The notes under the pieces were generated by a model that was not told where the DNA came from, made no database searches, and saw only the letters and a list, made by a program, of their open reading frames with translations. DNA of 64,000 bases from IMG/VR virus record IMGVR_UViG_3300008116_000041, positions 828 to 64,827 of that record; one strand, written 5' to 3'. The number at the start of each line of letters is the position of its first letter. Position 1 is the stretch's first letter. This document shows positions 20,222 through 28,031 of this stretch, piece after piece. This DNA comes from a virus (lineage: Duplodnaviria; Caudoviricetes). Position numbers and translations under genes: made by a program.

Positions 20222-22083
20222 TATGCCATTACTATTTCACAAGCACCTCCCGCACAAGCAACTTCGCCTGATAGGTCTGTGTTATCGTCAGCCTCAACAA
20301 TCTTTGAGAGGTCAACGTCTTTGAGAGTTTCCATCAACTCTTCATATTTTTCTTTAGTACAATCTTCGAATGGAGCTTGAATGTATGTTCCACCATCGTA
20401 AGGTAAAACAGAAAGACCATTATAGTGTTCTCTGTTTTCCCACATCCACTCACCTACCGCTGGCCACTCGTGTTCTCTGATTGAGATTGTTGCTGATACG
20501 TTGTGAGTATTGCTTCCTGTTCTGTGTCCACCTTTAACCCATTCAAGATGTACCTTCTTAACTCTTTCCAATAATTGAATTGGTGATTCGTTTCTTAGGA
20601 TTGATCCTTCAGGTGCTTTTTGAGGGATTCCGATTACCGCAGTGTCGTGTGGTCTGAAATATTCATCCTCAATTAATTCAGGATGGTTATTCTTTAGGTG
20701 AGTATAAATTGCTTCATTCTTACCTACTCTCACTCTTCTGATGTAGTAGTCGTTGTGCCATGCGTGGATTCCTGATGATGTACCCAATGTAAGTGAAGTT
20801 GTACCTGCTGGTTTTACAGTTGTACATCTTGCCGCTTTATTGATACCAAGAATAGTTGCAACTCTTTCGTTCTCTTCTTTAACAACTTTAGCCGCCGCTT
20901 TCATATTCAAACCAAGAACCGCACCTGATCCGATACCTGTCATTGAGATACCAACAAGAGCATCTTTCTCTGTTGTTCTTTGCCAAATTGGTCTTAGATA
21001 ATGGAAGTCTGTGTAACCTGCCTGAAGTGTTCCAATGAACGCTGCAGCTTTTACTCTTGCTTCGTAATCTTCTTGAGATACCACATTAGATACGTTTACT
21101 TCTGTAAGGTTACAGAATTGGAAAGGACGAAGTGCGATCTCACAACAAGGATTGGTTCCCCAATCTTTATCATTACTCAAATAGATACCAGGTTCACCAG
21201 CACCACTTGCTTCGATTCTTTTCCACAGATCCATAAAGTAATCTTTATCGATCTTGTGTCTCATCAGAGTTACAGAGTTGTTAGCTCTTCCTCTTTGTGG
21301 ATTTGTTTCCCACCAAGCGCCACTCTTACAACCAATCATCTCATCATCAGATGCTGAGAATAAAGAGATAAGAGCTGCTCTTCTAATACCACCTGCAAGA
21401 ACTGCGTCTGCAATATGACAAACCATATCATGAACTTCGATTGGTCTGAGTTTTTCACCATCTTGTTTTGATTCCAAGATTCCCTCAAGTTTGATAAGAC
21501 ATTCTTTCAAAGGTTGAGGACCGGGAGCTTTACCACCTGATGTTACAAGACGTGCTCCTTTTGGTCTGATATCTGAAAAATCAAATTCAATTTTTGAACC
21601 ACCGAAGAAGTAAGATTTGATAAGAACCTTAACGGCATCTGCCCATCCTTCAATAGAGTCAGCAACCAACCATCTTCTTCCTCTTTCTTGATTAGGTTTT
21701 CTAATCTCAGGTAGTTGTTCTACGTGATGTTTTTGTACTGAGTAGCCAACACCTGTTCCACCTAATAAAAGGAACATGATTTCTGAGAATACTCTCCAGT
21801 CATCCACAGGTGCAAATGCACAGTTGTAGATTCTGTTTGGAGATATTTCAATCGGTTTTCCTGCGAATTGCATTGATCTCATTGATGGGAGAACTTGTTT
21901 CTTGTAAACATACATGTAGTTCTCACGGATTTCTTTTTCTAATTGGGGATACTTTTTAATATGCATCTCCATGTTTCTTGTTACGAGCTCTTGCCAAGTC
22001 TCTCTTCTCTTCAACTCAGGGATATACTTAGCGTATTTCATATACACTGTAATTTCCGAGAGTATTCGGTTTGAAATGTCCAT
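20221..22083 (-). CDS. nrdJ: Class II (adenosylcobalamin-dependent) ribonucleotide reductase
   Basis: YNCAF, RRAALISL, GEPG, TNPCCEI, FCNLTE, TVKPAGT and C-terminal CAGGAC motifs; no small subunit nearby. Confidence 0.93.
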   Translation of the reverse strand: MDISNRILSEITVYMKYAKYIPELKRRETWQELVTRNMEMHIKKYPQLEKEIRENYMYVYKKQVLPSMRSMQFAGKPIEISPNRIYNCAFAPVDDWRVFSEIMFLLLGGTGVGYSVQKHHVEQLPEIRKPNQERGRRWLVADSIEGWADAVKVLIKSYFFGGSKIEFDFSDIRPKGARLVTSGGKAPGPQPLKECLIKLEGILESKQDGEKLRPIEVHDMVCHIADAVLAGGIRRAALISLFSASDDEMIGCKSGAWWETNPQRGRANNSVTLMRHKIDKDYFMDLWKRIEASGAGEPGIYLSNDKDWGTNPCCEIALRPFQFCNLTEVNVSNVVSQEDYEARVKAAAFIGTLQAGYTDFHYLRPIWQRTTEKDALVGISMTGIGSGAVLGLNMKAAAKVVKEENERVATILGINKAARCTTVKPAGTTSLTLGTSSGIHAWHNDYYIRRVRVGKNEAIYTHLKNNHPELIEDEYFRPHDTAVIGIPQKAPEGSILRNESPIQLLERVKKVHLEWVKGGHRTGSNTHNVSATISIREHEWPAVGEWMWENREHYNGLSVLPYDGGTYIQAPFEDCTKEKYEELMETLKDVDLSKIVEADDNTDLSGEVACAGGACEIVMA

Positions 22084-22098
22084 GTTTTTGTGAATTTT

Positions 22099-22106
22099 AA
22101 TAAATA
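22099..22106 (-). promoter_or_regulatory. Putative late promoter motif TATTTATT (second copy TATTTATC at 22138-22145)
   Basis: 15 nt upstream of nrdJ ATG. Confidence 0.5.
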
Positions 22107-22118
22107 CTAATTTATGAA

Positions 22119-22174
22119 AAAATCGGGGATTTTAAATGATAAATATAGGTTCATCATCTAACAGTCCCGATTTT
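22119..22174 (-). terminator. Long RNA hairpin between helicase and nrdJ (terminator/processing site)
   Basis: AAAAUCGGG/CCCGAUUUU outer stem plus 12-bp inner stem UUAGAUGAUGAA/UUUAUCAUUUAA with G-U pairs on the minus strand; ends in a U-run. Confidence 0.6.
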
Positions 22175-22225
22175 GAATAAAAAAATCGTTGTTTTTTTAA
22201 AGTTTTTTTTACGACAAGGAGATAT

Positions 22226-23608
22226 TTAATTTCCTTGTTTTTGTTGTTCTCTTTGTTTCCTCTTTTCAAGAAGTTCCTTGACACGATCAGATTTCTTCTG
22301 TTCTTGTTGTTCTTCGAATCCTAAGAACGTAACAGATGCCTCTGTATCGATTTCAAGAAGTTCGTTGTTGAATTTACAGTTCTCAAAGACAACCCCGTCT
22401 TTACCAATACGTGACTTGGTAATCGCAATTGTAGCCAGATTTAGTTCTTTTTGTTGGAGAGTTTTTGCTACAGAAATGATTACGTGTCCTACTTGTGCTT
22501 TCTTGATAGATCCACCCATTTGGTCAGTAGTTACAACCTCGGAAGAGATTGAACTTCTATTACCTTGAGTTGCGGTCCATCCAACCAAACCAAGTTCGTG
22601 ACACATGGCTTCGAAGTGTCTCATGACTGATCCCTCACTTTTCCATTCATCACCTAAAGCCTTTTCTGGCATTACGCAATCGATGTAGTCCAACACCACC
22701 AAATCAATCTTTGTACCATCAGCAATCATTTTTCTGAGTTGGTTTTTGATTTGAAGCATTGTGAGTGAATCAGAAGGTAGTTTTTTCAGAACCAATTTGT
22801 TAGGCATTGAGTTCTGAATCTCATGAATCTTTTCGAATACTTTTTCTTTATGAAAGACTAAGTTATCGGGTTCGATACCAGTCCATATGGTAAAATGTTT
22901 TCTTTGAATAATTTTGGGATTGTCCTCGAAAAATATCTGAAGAACATTGAATCCCATGTTGAAGGCAGTGTTTGCTATCTTCGTGAGGATTGTGGTTTTA
23001 CCCACACCAGTCGGTGCTAAGATTACTCCAATTTCACCTTTAGCCAATCCACCCTTAAGTAGATTATCGATACCTTTAATACCCATTGGTATTGGAGATC
23101 TGAAGTCTTCATCTAAAACTACGTCTAAGTTTTCGAATACGTCTCCTGTACCTAAATCTCTTTCTCCAACTTGAATTGCATCTCTTACTAACTCTTCTAC
23201 TTTGTCATAAGATTCGAAGTCACCCTCATCGATAATCTTCTGCGCTTGTTTCATCGCTTTCTGTAACTCTTGTTGTTTACAGAACTTCAAAGCTTTCTCT
23301 TGAACAAACACACTACCGTCGAATGGAGCTTCCTTGACCTGTTTGATTGTGTCAAGAATTACTTTCAAAACTAACTCAGTAGAAATCTCTGACTTAGCAA
23401 TCTGTTCCAAAGTTTCGAAGGTTGGGGTAGATTGATACTTAGTGAAATACTCTTTGATCATCGCAACAATCATCTTGAAATACTTGTTATCAAAGTACGT
23501 AGTCTCTAACACATCCATAATTGTGTGTGAAAAGTCTTTGTCTACGACGATCTGATTGATTAACTGAATCTGGAAGGTATTACCTAAATAATCGAAATTT
23601 TTTTGCAT
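22226..23608 (-). CDS. dnaB: Replicative DnaB-like (T4 gp41-like) helicase
   Basis: Walker A APTGVGKTT, VVLDYID, WTATQGNR, KSRIG motifs. Confidence 0.92.
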   Translation of the reverse strand: MQKNFDYLGNTFQIQLINQIVVDKDFSHTIMDVLETTYFDNKYFKMIVAMIKEYFTKYQSTPTFETLEQIAKSEISTELVLKVILDTIKQVKEAPFDGSVFVQEKALKFCKQQELQKAMKQAQKIIDEGDFESYDKVEELVRDAIQVGERDLGTGDVFENLDVVLDEDFRSPIPMGIKGIDNLLKGGLAKGEIGVILAPTGVGKTTILTKIANTAFNMGFNVLQIFFEDNPKIIQRKHFTIWTGIEPDNLVFHKEKVFEKIHEIQNSMPNKLVLKKLPSDSLTMLQIKNQLRKMIADGTKIDLVVLDYIDCVMPEKALGDEWKSEGSVMRHFEAMCHELGLVGWTATQGNRSSISSEVVTTDQMGGSIKKAQVGHVIISVAKTLQQKELNLATIAITKSRIGKDGVVFENCKFNNELLEIDTEASVTFLGFEEQQEQKKSDRVKELLEKRKQREQQKQGN

Positions 23609-23635
23609 ATATCTTGTTCTCTCACCCCTTAGATT

Positions 23636-23643
23636 TATAAATA
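23636..23643 (-). promoter_or_regulatory. Putative promoter motif TATTTATA
   Basis: 27 nt upstream of helicase ATG. Confidence 0.5.
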
Positions 23644-23647
23644 CTCC

Positions 23648-24097
23648 TTATGCCAACTCAATTCCGCAGTATTCGTGATTTAATTCTGTTTTTGAAAAAA
23701 TGTCAGTCAATGACGAAAGGATCTCTTTCAAATATGGTCTTACGTCCACTGTATAACGAACTTTTGGCGGATATAATTTTGCGTCAAAAATTCTATGACA
23801 AATTGTCTCATCTCCAACTTTCACATAAAGGTGGAAATTCTCTGGTCCATCAGTGAATGATGTCTCCATAATTTTTGGATCGTGAATGATGGCCTCTTTG
23901 TTGTCCAACATGTAAACAACAGTTTTCATTTTCAAATAATCATGGAGAGTTTGTTTAACCTCATACATATATTCGTATAGGTCTGTTGCAACTCTTGCCT
24001 TTGGGTTGTACCCTCTGACATTGAAAAATCTCTGTACCACAATGTTGTCGTTGAGTGTTAGGAGGAACTCCATCTTTACTTGATCTTGGTCTCTCAT
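23648..24097 (-). CDS. Hypothetical protein in replication operon
   Basis: 149 aa clean ORF between exonuclease and helicase. Confidence 0.7.
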   Translation of the reverse strand: MRDQDQVKMEFLLTLNDNIVVQRFFNVRGYNPKARVATDLYEYMYEVKQTLHDYLKMKTVVYMLDNKEAIIHDPKIMETSFTDGPENFHLYVKVGDETICHRIFDAKLYPPKVRYTVDVRPYLKEILSSLTDIFSKTELNHEYCGIELA

Positions 24098-24102
24098 GTT
24101 TT

Positions 24103-25101
24103 TTAGTTTTTAAATTTTCGTTTTTCTTTTCTTATTAACTTCATGAACGGTTTCAGGAAATTTACCCACGCTTCGTCGTTTTTTGGTAGGTATTTGAATA
24201 GTCCATCCTCCATCATGTATTTCATCAAATTTTTATATCCTCTATCAGTGGGATCTAATTCTTCGGTATGAATGGATTCAACAAGTTGTTTTCCCTCATC
24301 CGTGATCAGTGGATTTTTTAAGTCCACTATCAGTTTGTTTATTTGGTAGTATTGTTCTCCAAGTATACCACTTTTTGTCTTACCTGTCAAAATATTAGAG
24401 ATTACTTTTATAGGTTTTTCTTGCGGGATATTTCGTGCATTATCAAGGATTTCTTCGATAGTGCAGGATTTTTCCGACAAATTTGGGAAATATTTCAACA
24501 AACTTTTTTCACCTAATGATTGTATACCTTCAATATTATCGGACTTGTCTCCCATCAGGATTTTACAAGTCAAAACATTTTCATGTGGTACTTCAATATC
24601 TTTGAATTTGATTTTAGTTCCAAACGTGTGAACTTGTTTTGTTATTGGAGAATAAATTGAAACTTGTGGACTTATGAGTTGTGTTAAGTCTTTGTCGGCT
24701 GAGAATATGGTAATAGTTTCTTGGGTCGCCACTTTACAGTAGTAGGCAATGAGATCATCTGCCTCATTATCTTTCATCTCGACTTGTCGAACGAACACCT
24801 CCTCCAAATACTGTTTAACTCTACTTTTTTGTGTTAAGTAAGATTCGTATTTGTATTCATTCATGTTTACCCTTCTGTTCGCCTTGTATTCAGGGTAAAT
24901 TCTTTTTCTAGCTGAGGAGTTTGAGTCACCATCCCAAAAGACTACGACCTTATCGTACTCCTGCTCCTCCAAGAATCGTCTGAGGGTATTAATGAAGTGA
25001 TACACCCCACCAATGTGATTACCGTCGTAAAAGAGTTCTTTGACCCCGTGGAATCCAATCTTGAATAGGTTGTCCCCATCCACCAACAATGTCTTTGTCA
25101 C
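24103..25101 (-). CDS. 5'-3' exonuclease/flap endonuclease (T4 RNase H / Pol I N-terminal-like)
   Basis: LLVDG, VFWDG, YKANR, EADDLIA, SADKDLTQL, GDKSDNIEGI H3TH motifs. Confidence 0.93.
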   Translation of the reverse strand: MTKTLLVDGDNLFKIGFHGVKELFYDGNHIGGVYHFINTLRRFLEEQEYDKVVVFWDGDSNSSARKRIYPEYKANRRVNMNEYKYESYLTQKSRVKQYLEEVFVRQVEMKDNEADDLIAYYCKVATQETITIFSADKDLTQLISPQVSIYSPITKQVHTFGTKIKFKDIEVPHENVLTCKILMGDKSDNIEGIQSLGEKSLLKYFPNLSEKSCTIEEILDNARNIPQEKPIKVISNILTGKTKSGILGEQYYQINKLIVDLKNPLITDEGKQLVESIHTEELDPTDRGYKNLMKYMMEDGLFKYLPKNDEAWVNFLKPFMKLIRKEKRKFKN

Positions 25102-25124
25102 ATATTCAATTTAAGGGTGAACAA

Positions 25125-26126
25125 TCAATCTTCTTTTTCTTCTGTAAGTGTGAAATCACCTTCAGCTCCGATGATATCTTTCCAATAGTCAGCATATTCT
25201 TTCTTGTAGGTTTCAATAGATGCTTTTTCTTCCGTTGAATCTTTACCTGCTAAGAAACCGTGTGGTGTTACAATAATTTTACCATCGTCAAATCCAAGTC
25301 CGTTGATGTGATTTTTCATAACGGATACTTTACTTCTAACCGCAAACTTAACTGAACGTTTGTCTTTAGTTGCTGTAATTTTTGTTGTACCCGCACCTTT
25401 TTGGTTTCCGAATAGAAATACCAATGATGAGTTCAACCAAACTGATTCGCCACCTTTAGCTTTAATCTTCGGTTGTCCGAAAGGATTATCAGGTAGTTCA
25501 ACCCAAGGTTGGTTGATAATGATGAGAGTATTTTCGTATTCTGTGTCTGCCTTTCTCGATCCTGAAATTCTTTGGTTGATACCCATACCAATCTTATCTG
25601 AAAGTACAGATGCATTGTGTTGTTTACCACCTTTACCTTCGTAAGTCATCTTACATGGTACTGATCCAACAGAATCCCATATGAAACACAAACTGTAGTT
25701 CAATTCACCTTTTTCTTGTGCATCCAAGAGCTCATTGATATAATCTGTGATTTGTTCGATATAACTGAAGTTGTTGTTGAACAAGAAAAACCCATCCCAA
25801 TCCAATTCTCCCGTTTCCTTATCGACAACTTCCTCACATTGAAATCCCATCAGTTTTGCATGATCGAAACTCCACTTTTGTTCGGTGATGATGAATACAG
25901 GTAGGATCTCTTTTTTCTGTGCATCAACCGCTGCTTTAATCGCTGCAGTAGTTTTACCTGTATCTGAATGACCTAAGAACATATTGATATGTCCAACTGC
26001 GGGACCGGGAAGTCCAACTGCATCCAAAAAGTCTGCACCCAAATCCAAGAACCTTTGTGGTTTGTATTTTGCAGAAGTAGAATACTTCTTTTTTAAATTA
26101 CTAAAATCGTTTTTCTTGATCGCCAT
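25125..26126 (-). CDS. recA: RecA/UvsX-like recombinase
   Basis: Walker A GHSDTGKTT, ITEQK, Walker B FIWDSVG, IINQ, KGG motifs. Confidence 0.85.
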   Translation of the reverse strand: MAIKKNDFSNLKKKYSTSAKYKPQRFLDLGADFLDAVGLPGPAVGHINMFLGHSDTGKTTAAIKAAVDAQKKEILPVFIITEQKWSFDHAKLMGFQCEEVVDKETGELDWDGFFLFNNNFSYIEQITDYINELLDAQEKGELNYSLCFIWDSVGSVPCKMTYEGKGGKQHNASVLSDKIGMGINQRISGSRKADTEYENTLIIINQPWVELPDNPFGQPKIKAKGGESVWLNSSLVFLFGNQKGAGTTKITATKDKRSVKFAVRSKVSVMKNHINGLGFDDGKIIVTPHGFLAGKDSTEEKASIETYKKEYADYWKDIIGAEGDFTLTEEKED

Positions 26127-26142
26127 ATTATTGTATTAAAAT

Positions 26143-26170
26143 ATGTTCCCGACATTTCTGTCGGGAACAT
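26143..26170 (-). terminator. 12-bp GAAA-tetraloop hairpin after ssb
   Basis: AUGUUCCCGACA-GAAA-UGUCGGGAACAU followed by AUUUU. Confidence 0.7.
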
Positions 26171-26178
26171 GATATAAA

Positions 26179-27027
26179 TTAGAATGGTAAGTCACCATCA
26201 ACATCAGCATCTGCTTGTGGATCTACATATGAGGTAGATTTGGTACCACCCAATGAAGTTGTTGCTTCTTCATCGTTTCCGTAAACGTATCCACCTTTTT
26301 CAGAATCCCAACGTGGAACTTCACCACGTGCAATTGCTTCAAGGTATTCAACAGGTTTTTTGGAATATACATCTTGCCAAGTCAAATCATCAGAAACCCA
26401 CTGATTCATTACGTCTTTGTCTGTGTGTACAGGACATGGGTCATCGTACATGATAGTTGATACTGTGGTATATTCTTTACCCTTAGGTGTTTTGGATTTT
26501 GTCAACTCGATGATCAAATCACGACCTTTCTCAGGATCTGTGATATCACCTTTGTTTCTCCAAATAGGAATAATTTTATCCAAGATACCTTCGTTCTTAT
26601 AGTTGTGTTTGAAACGCCAGAACTTTGGTCCTTCTTCTTCTTTATCGCGATCGATAACTTTTACAATATAGAATTTACGTGACTTATATTGTTTTGCCAA
26701 TTCTTTGTCTGACTCCTTACCTGTAGAGATAAGTTCTTCGTAAACTTCATTCAATGGAGAACGTTCGTTGTCGTTCTTTCCTGGATCGTAAAACTTTTGC
26801 CATTTACCACCTACTTGGATCTCGTGATACCAAGCCTCTTTGAATGGTGATGATCCATCAGGAGTAGGAAGAATTCTAATTCTTCTCTGTCCTGAACTTT
26901 CTTTTTCTTCAAGAATAAGAGCGAAGTATTTCTTCATTCTCTCTTCTTGTGACATCTTAGATTGGGCCCCGCCCGATGACTGTTTGTTTTTTTCGTACTG
27001 CGCCAATACGGCATCTAATGCACTCAT
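26179..27027 (-). CDS. Single-stranded DNA-binding protein (T4 gp32-like)
   Basis: RIRILP...PF...H, DITDPEKGRDLII motifs and acidic C-terminus DADVDGDLPF. Confidence 0.88.
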   Translation of the reverse strand: MSALDAVLAQYEKNKQSSGGAQSKMSQEERMKKYFALILEEKESSGQRRIRILPTPDGSSPFKEAWYHEIQVGGKWQKFYDPGKNDNERSPLNEVYEELISTGKESDKELAKQYKSRKFYIVKVIDRDKEEEGPKFWRFKHNYKNEGILDKIIPIWRNKGDITDPEKGRDLIIELTKSKTPKGKEYTTVSTIMYDDPCPVHTDKDVMNQWVSDDLTWQDVYSKKPVEYLEAIARGEVPRWDSEKGGYVYGNDEEATTSLGGTKSTSYVDPQADADVDGDLPF

Positions 27028-27062
27028 GATTACTCTGTTTTAAAGTGTTAATTAATATATGT

Positions 27063-27094
27063 CAAATATAGTTGAACATAGTCCATCTGTCAAA
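27063..27094 (-). promoter_or_regulatory. Bacteroidota-type primary sigma promoter
   Basis: Minus strand TTTG(27094-27091)-N20-TATATTTG(27070-27063) matches the -33/-7 consensus; precedes the ssb-recA-exonuclease-helicase operon. Confidence 0.75.
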
Positions 27095-27095
27095 T

Positions 27096-27121
27096 AAAAA
27101 AGGGATTAGTTTCCTAATCCC
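27096..27121 (-). terminator. Intrinsic terminator
   Basis: GGGAUUAG-GAAA-CUAAUCCC then UUUUUU. Confidence 0.85.
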
Positions 27122-27141
27122 CCTTTTATATGTGTATTCTC

Positions 27142-27771
27142 TTAGTAACCGAAATCTTTTACGTTATCTGGTTTTGGTTGGAATGTATCCTTTATTTCTG
27201 AAGGATTGATGTCTGTTACATCATCGGGTGTCAAAACATAGTCTCTTTTACCCGTCTTTTCCATCTCTTCTTCTTTTTCGTCGAAGAATTGTGATAATTT
27301 CTGATTGAAAGGATAAGAATCATAACTTCTGAGTTCAAGTCTTTCTTCAGGAGTTTTAGTTCTATATTTTTCAATCTTATTTTCAATTGAGTTCAATCTC
27401 GCCATGATACTATCCATCTCAGAAAGTTTCTGCTCTAATGACCCCAATTGTTTGAAGAGGTTATCGAAATAATCGTCTTGCTTAGTCTCGATTTTTTTCT
27501 GTGAGTCAACCAACTCAGTGATATCTAATTCTTCAGTTCCTGCGTCGCCCTCTTGGCTTTTACCCTCCATATCTACTTTCTCTACATCAGGATCTGATTC
27601 AACATCGATCTTTTCAGGAGTTGGTGCTGGTGCAGGTGCTGCTTCGGGTGCTGGTGCCGCCGCTGGATCTGCCGGTACAGGTGGAGCCACAGCCGCATCC
27701 TGTTCCATTATGTACTTATTTACTTTATTGTACTTTTCAATCTCAGCTAAAATTTTCTTATCTAAGCTCAT
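27142..27771 (-). CDS. Acidic, Pro/Ala-linker coiled-coil protein (possible prohead core/internal protein)
   Basis: 209 aa; N-terminal ILAE/IMEQ motifs, PAPEAAPAP linker, acidic coiled coil. Confidence 0.55.
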   Translation of the reverse strand: MSLDKKILAEIEKYNKVNKYIMEQDAAVAPPVPADPAAAPAPEAAPAPAPTPEKIDVESDPDVEKVDMEGKSQEGDAGTEELDITELVDSQKKIETKQDDYFDNLFKQLGSLEQKLSEMDSIMARLNSIENKIEKYRTKTPEERLELRSYDSYPFNQKLSQFFDEKEEEMEKTGKRDYVLTPDDVTDINPSEIKDTFQPKPDNVKDFGY

Positions 27772-27774
27772 TTT

Positions 27775-27999
27775 TTACCCATTTAATAGTTGTTTGACAC
27801 CGTGTGGTGTTTCAACTCTAACTTTTTTATTTATCGTCATGGTATTATCAACCCTTTCGATAAGTCCGTCTTTCATACGGATTGTGTAACAATCACCAGT
27901 ATCCAAGTCACAAACTTGCTTGGTACCATCACCATTATCCATTTCAGAATATCTGGCTGATTTACCTAAGTAATTGTCTAAGGCTAATTTAATATTCAT
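27775..27999 (-). CDS. Small hypothetical late protein
   Basis: 74 aa, CDLDTGDC motif; late motif 10 nt upstream. Confidence 0.7.
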   Translation of the reverse strand: MNIKLALDNYLGKSARYSEMDNGDGTKQVCDLDTGDCYTIRMKDGLIERVDNTMTINKKVRVETPHGVKQLLNG

Positions 28000-28009
28000 A
28001 CTTTTTCTT

Positions 28010-28017
28010 TATAAATA
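28010..28017 (-). promoter_or_regulatory. Putative late promoter motif TATTTATA
   Basis: 10 nt upstream of ATG 27999. Confidence 0.6.
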
Positions 28018-28031
28018 TACTGCAAATACGA

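Noticed and set aside
22084-22225. Cobalamin riboswitch upstream of B12-dependent nrdJ
   Set aside because: Region is short and AT-rich with no recognisable B12-box; only a simple hairpin is seen.
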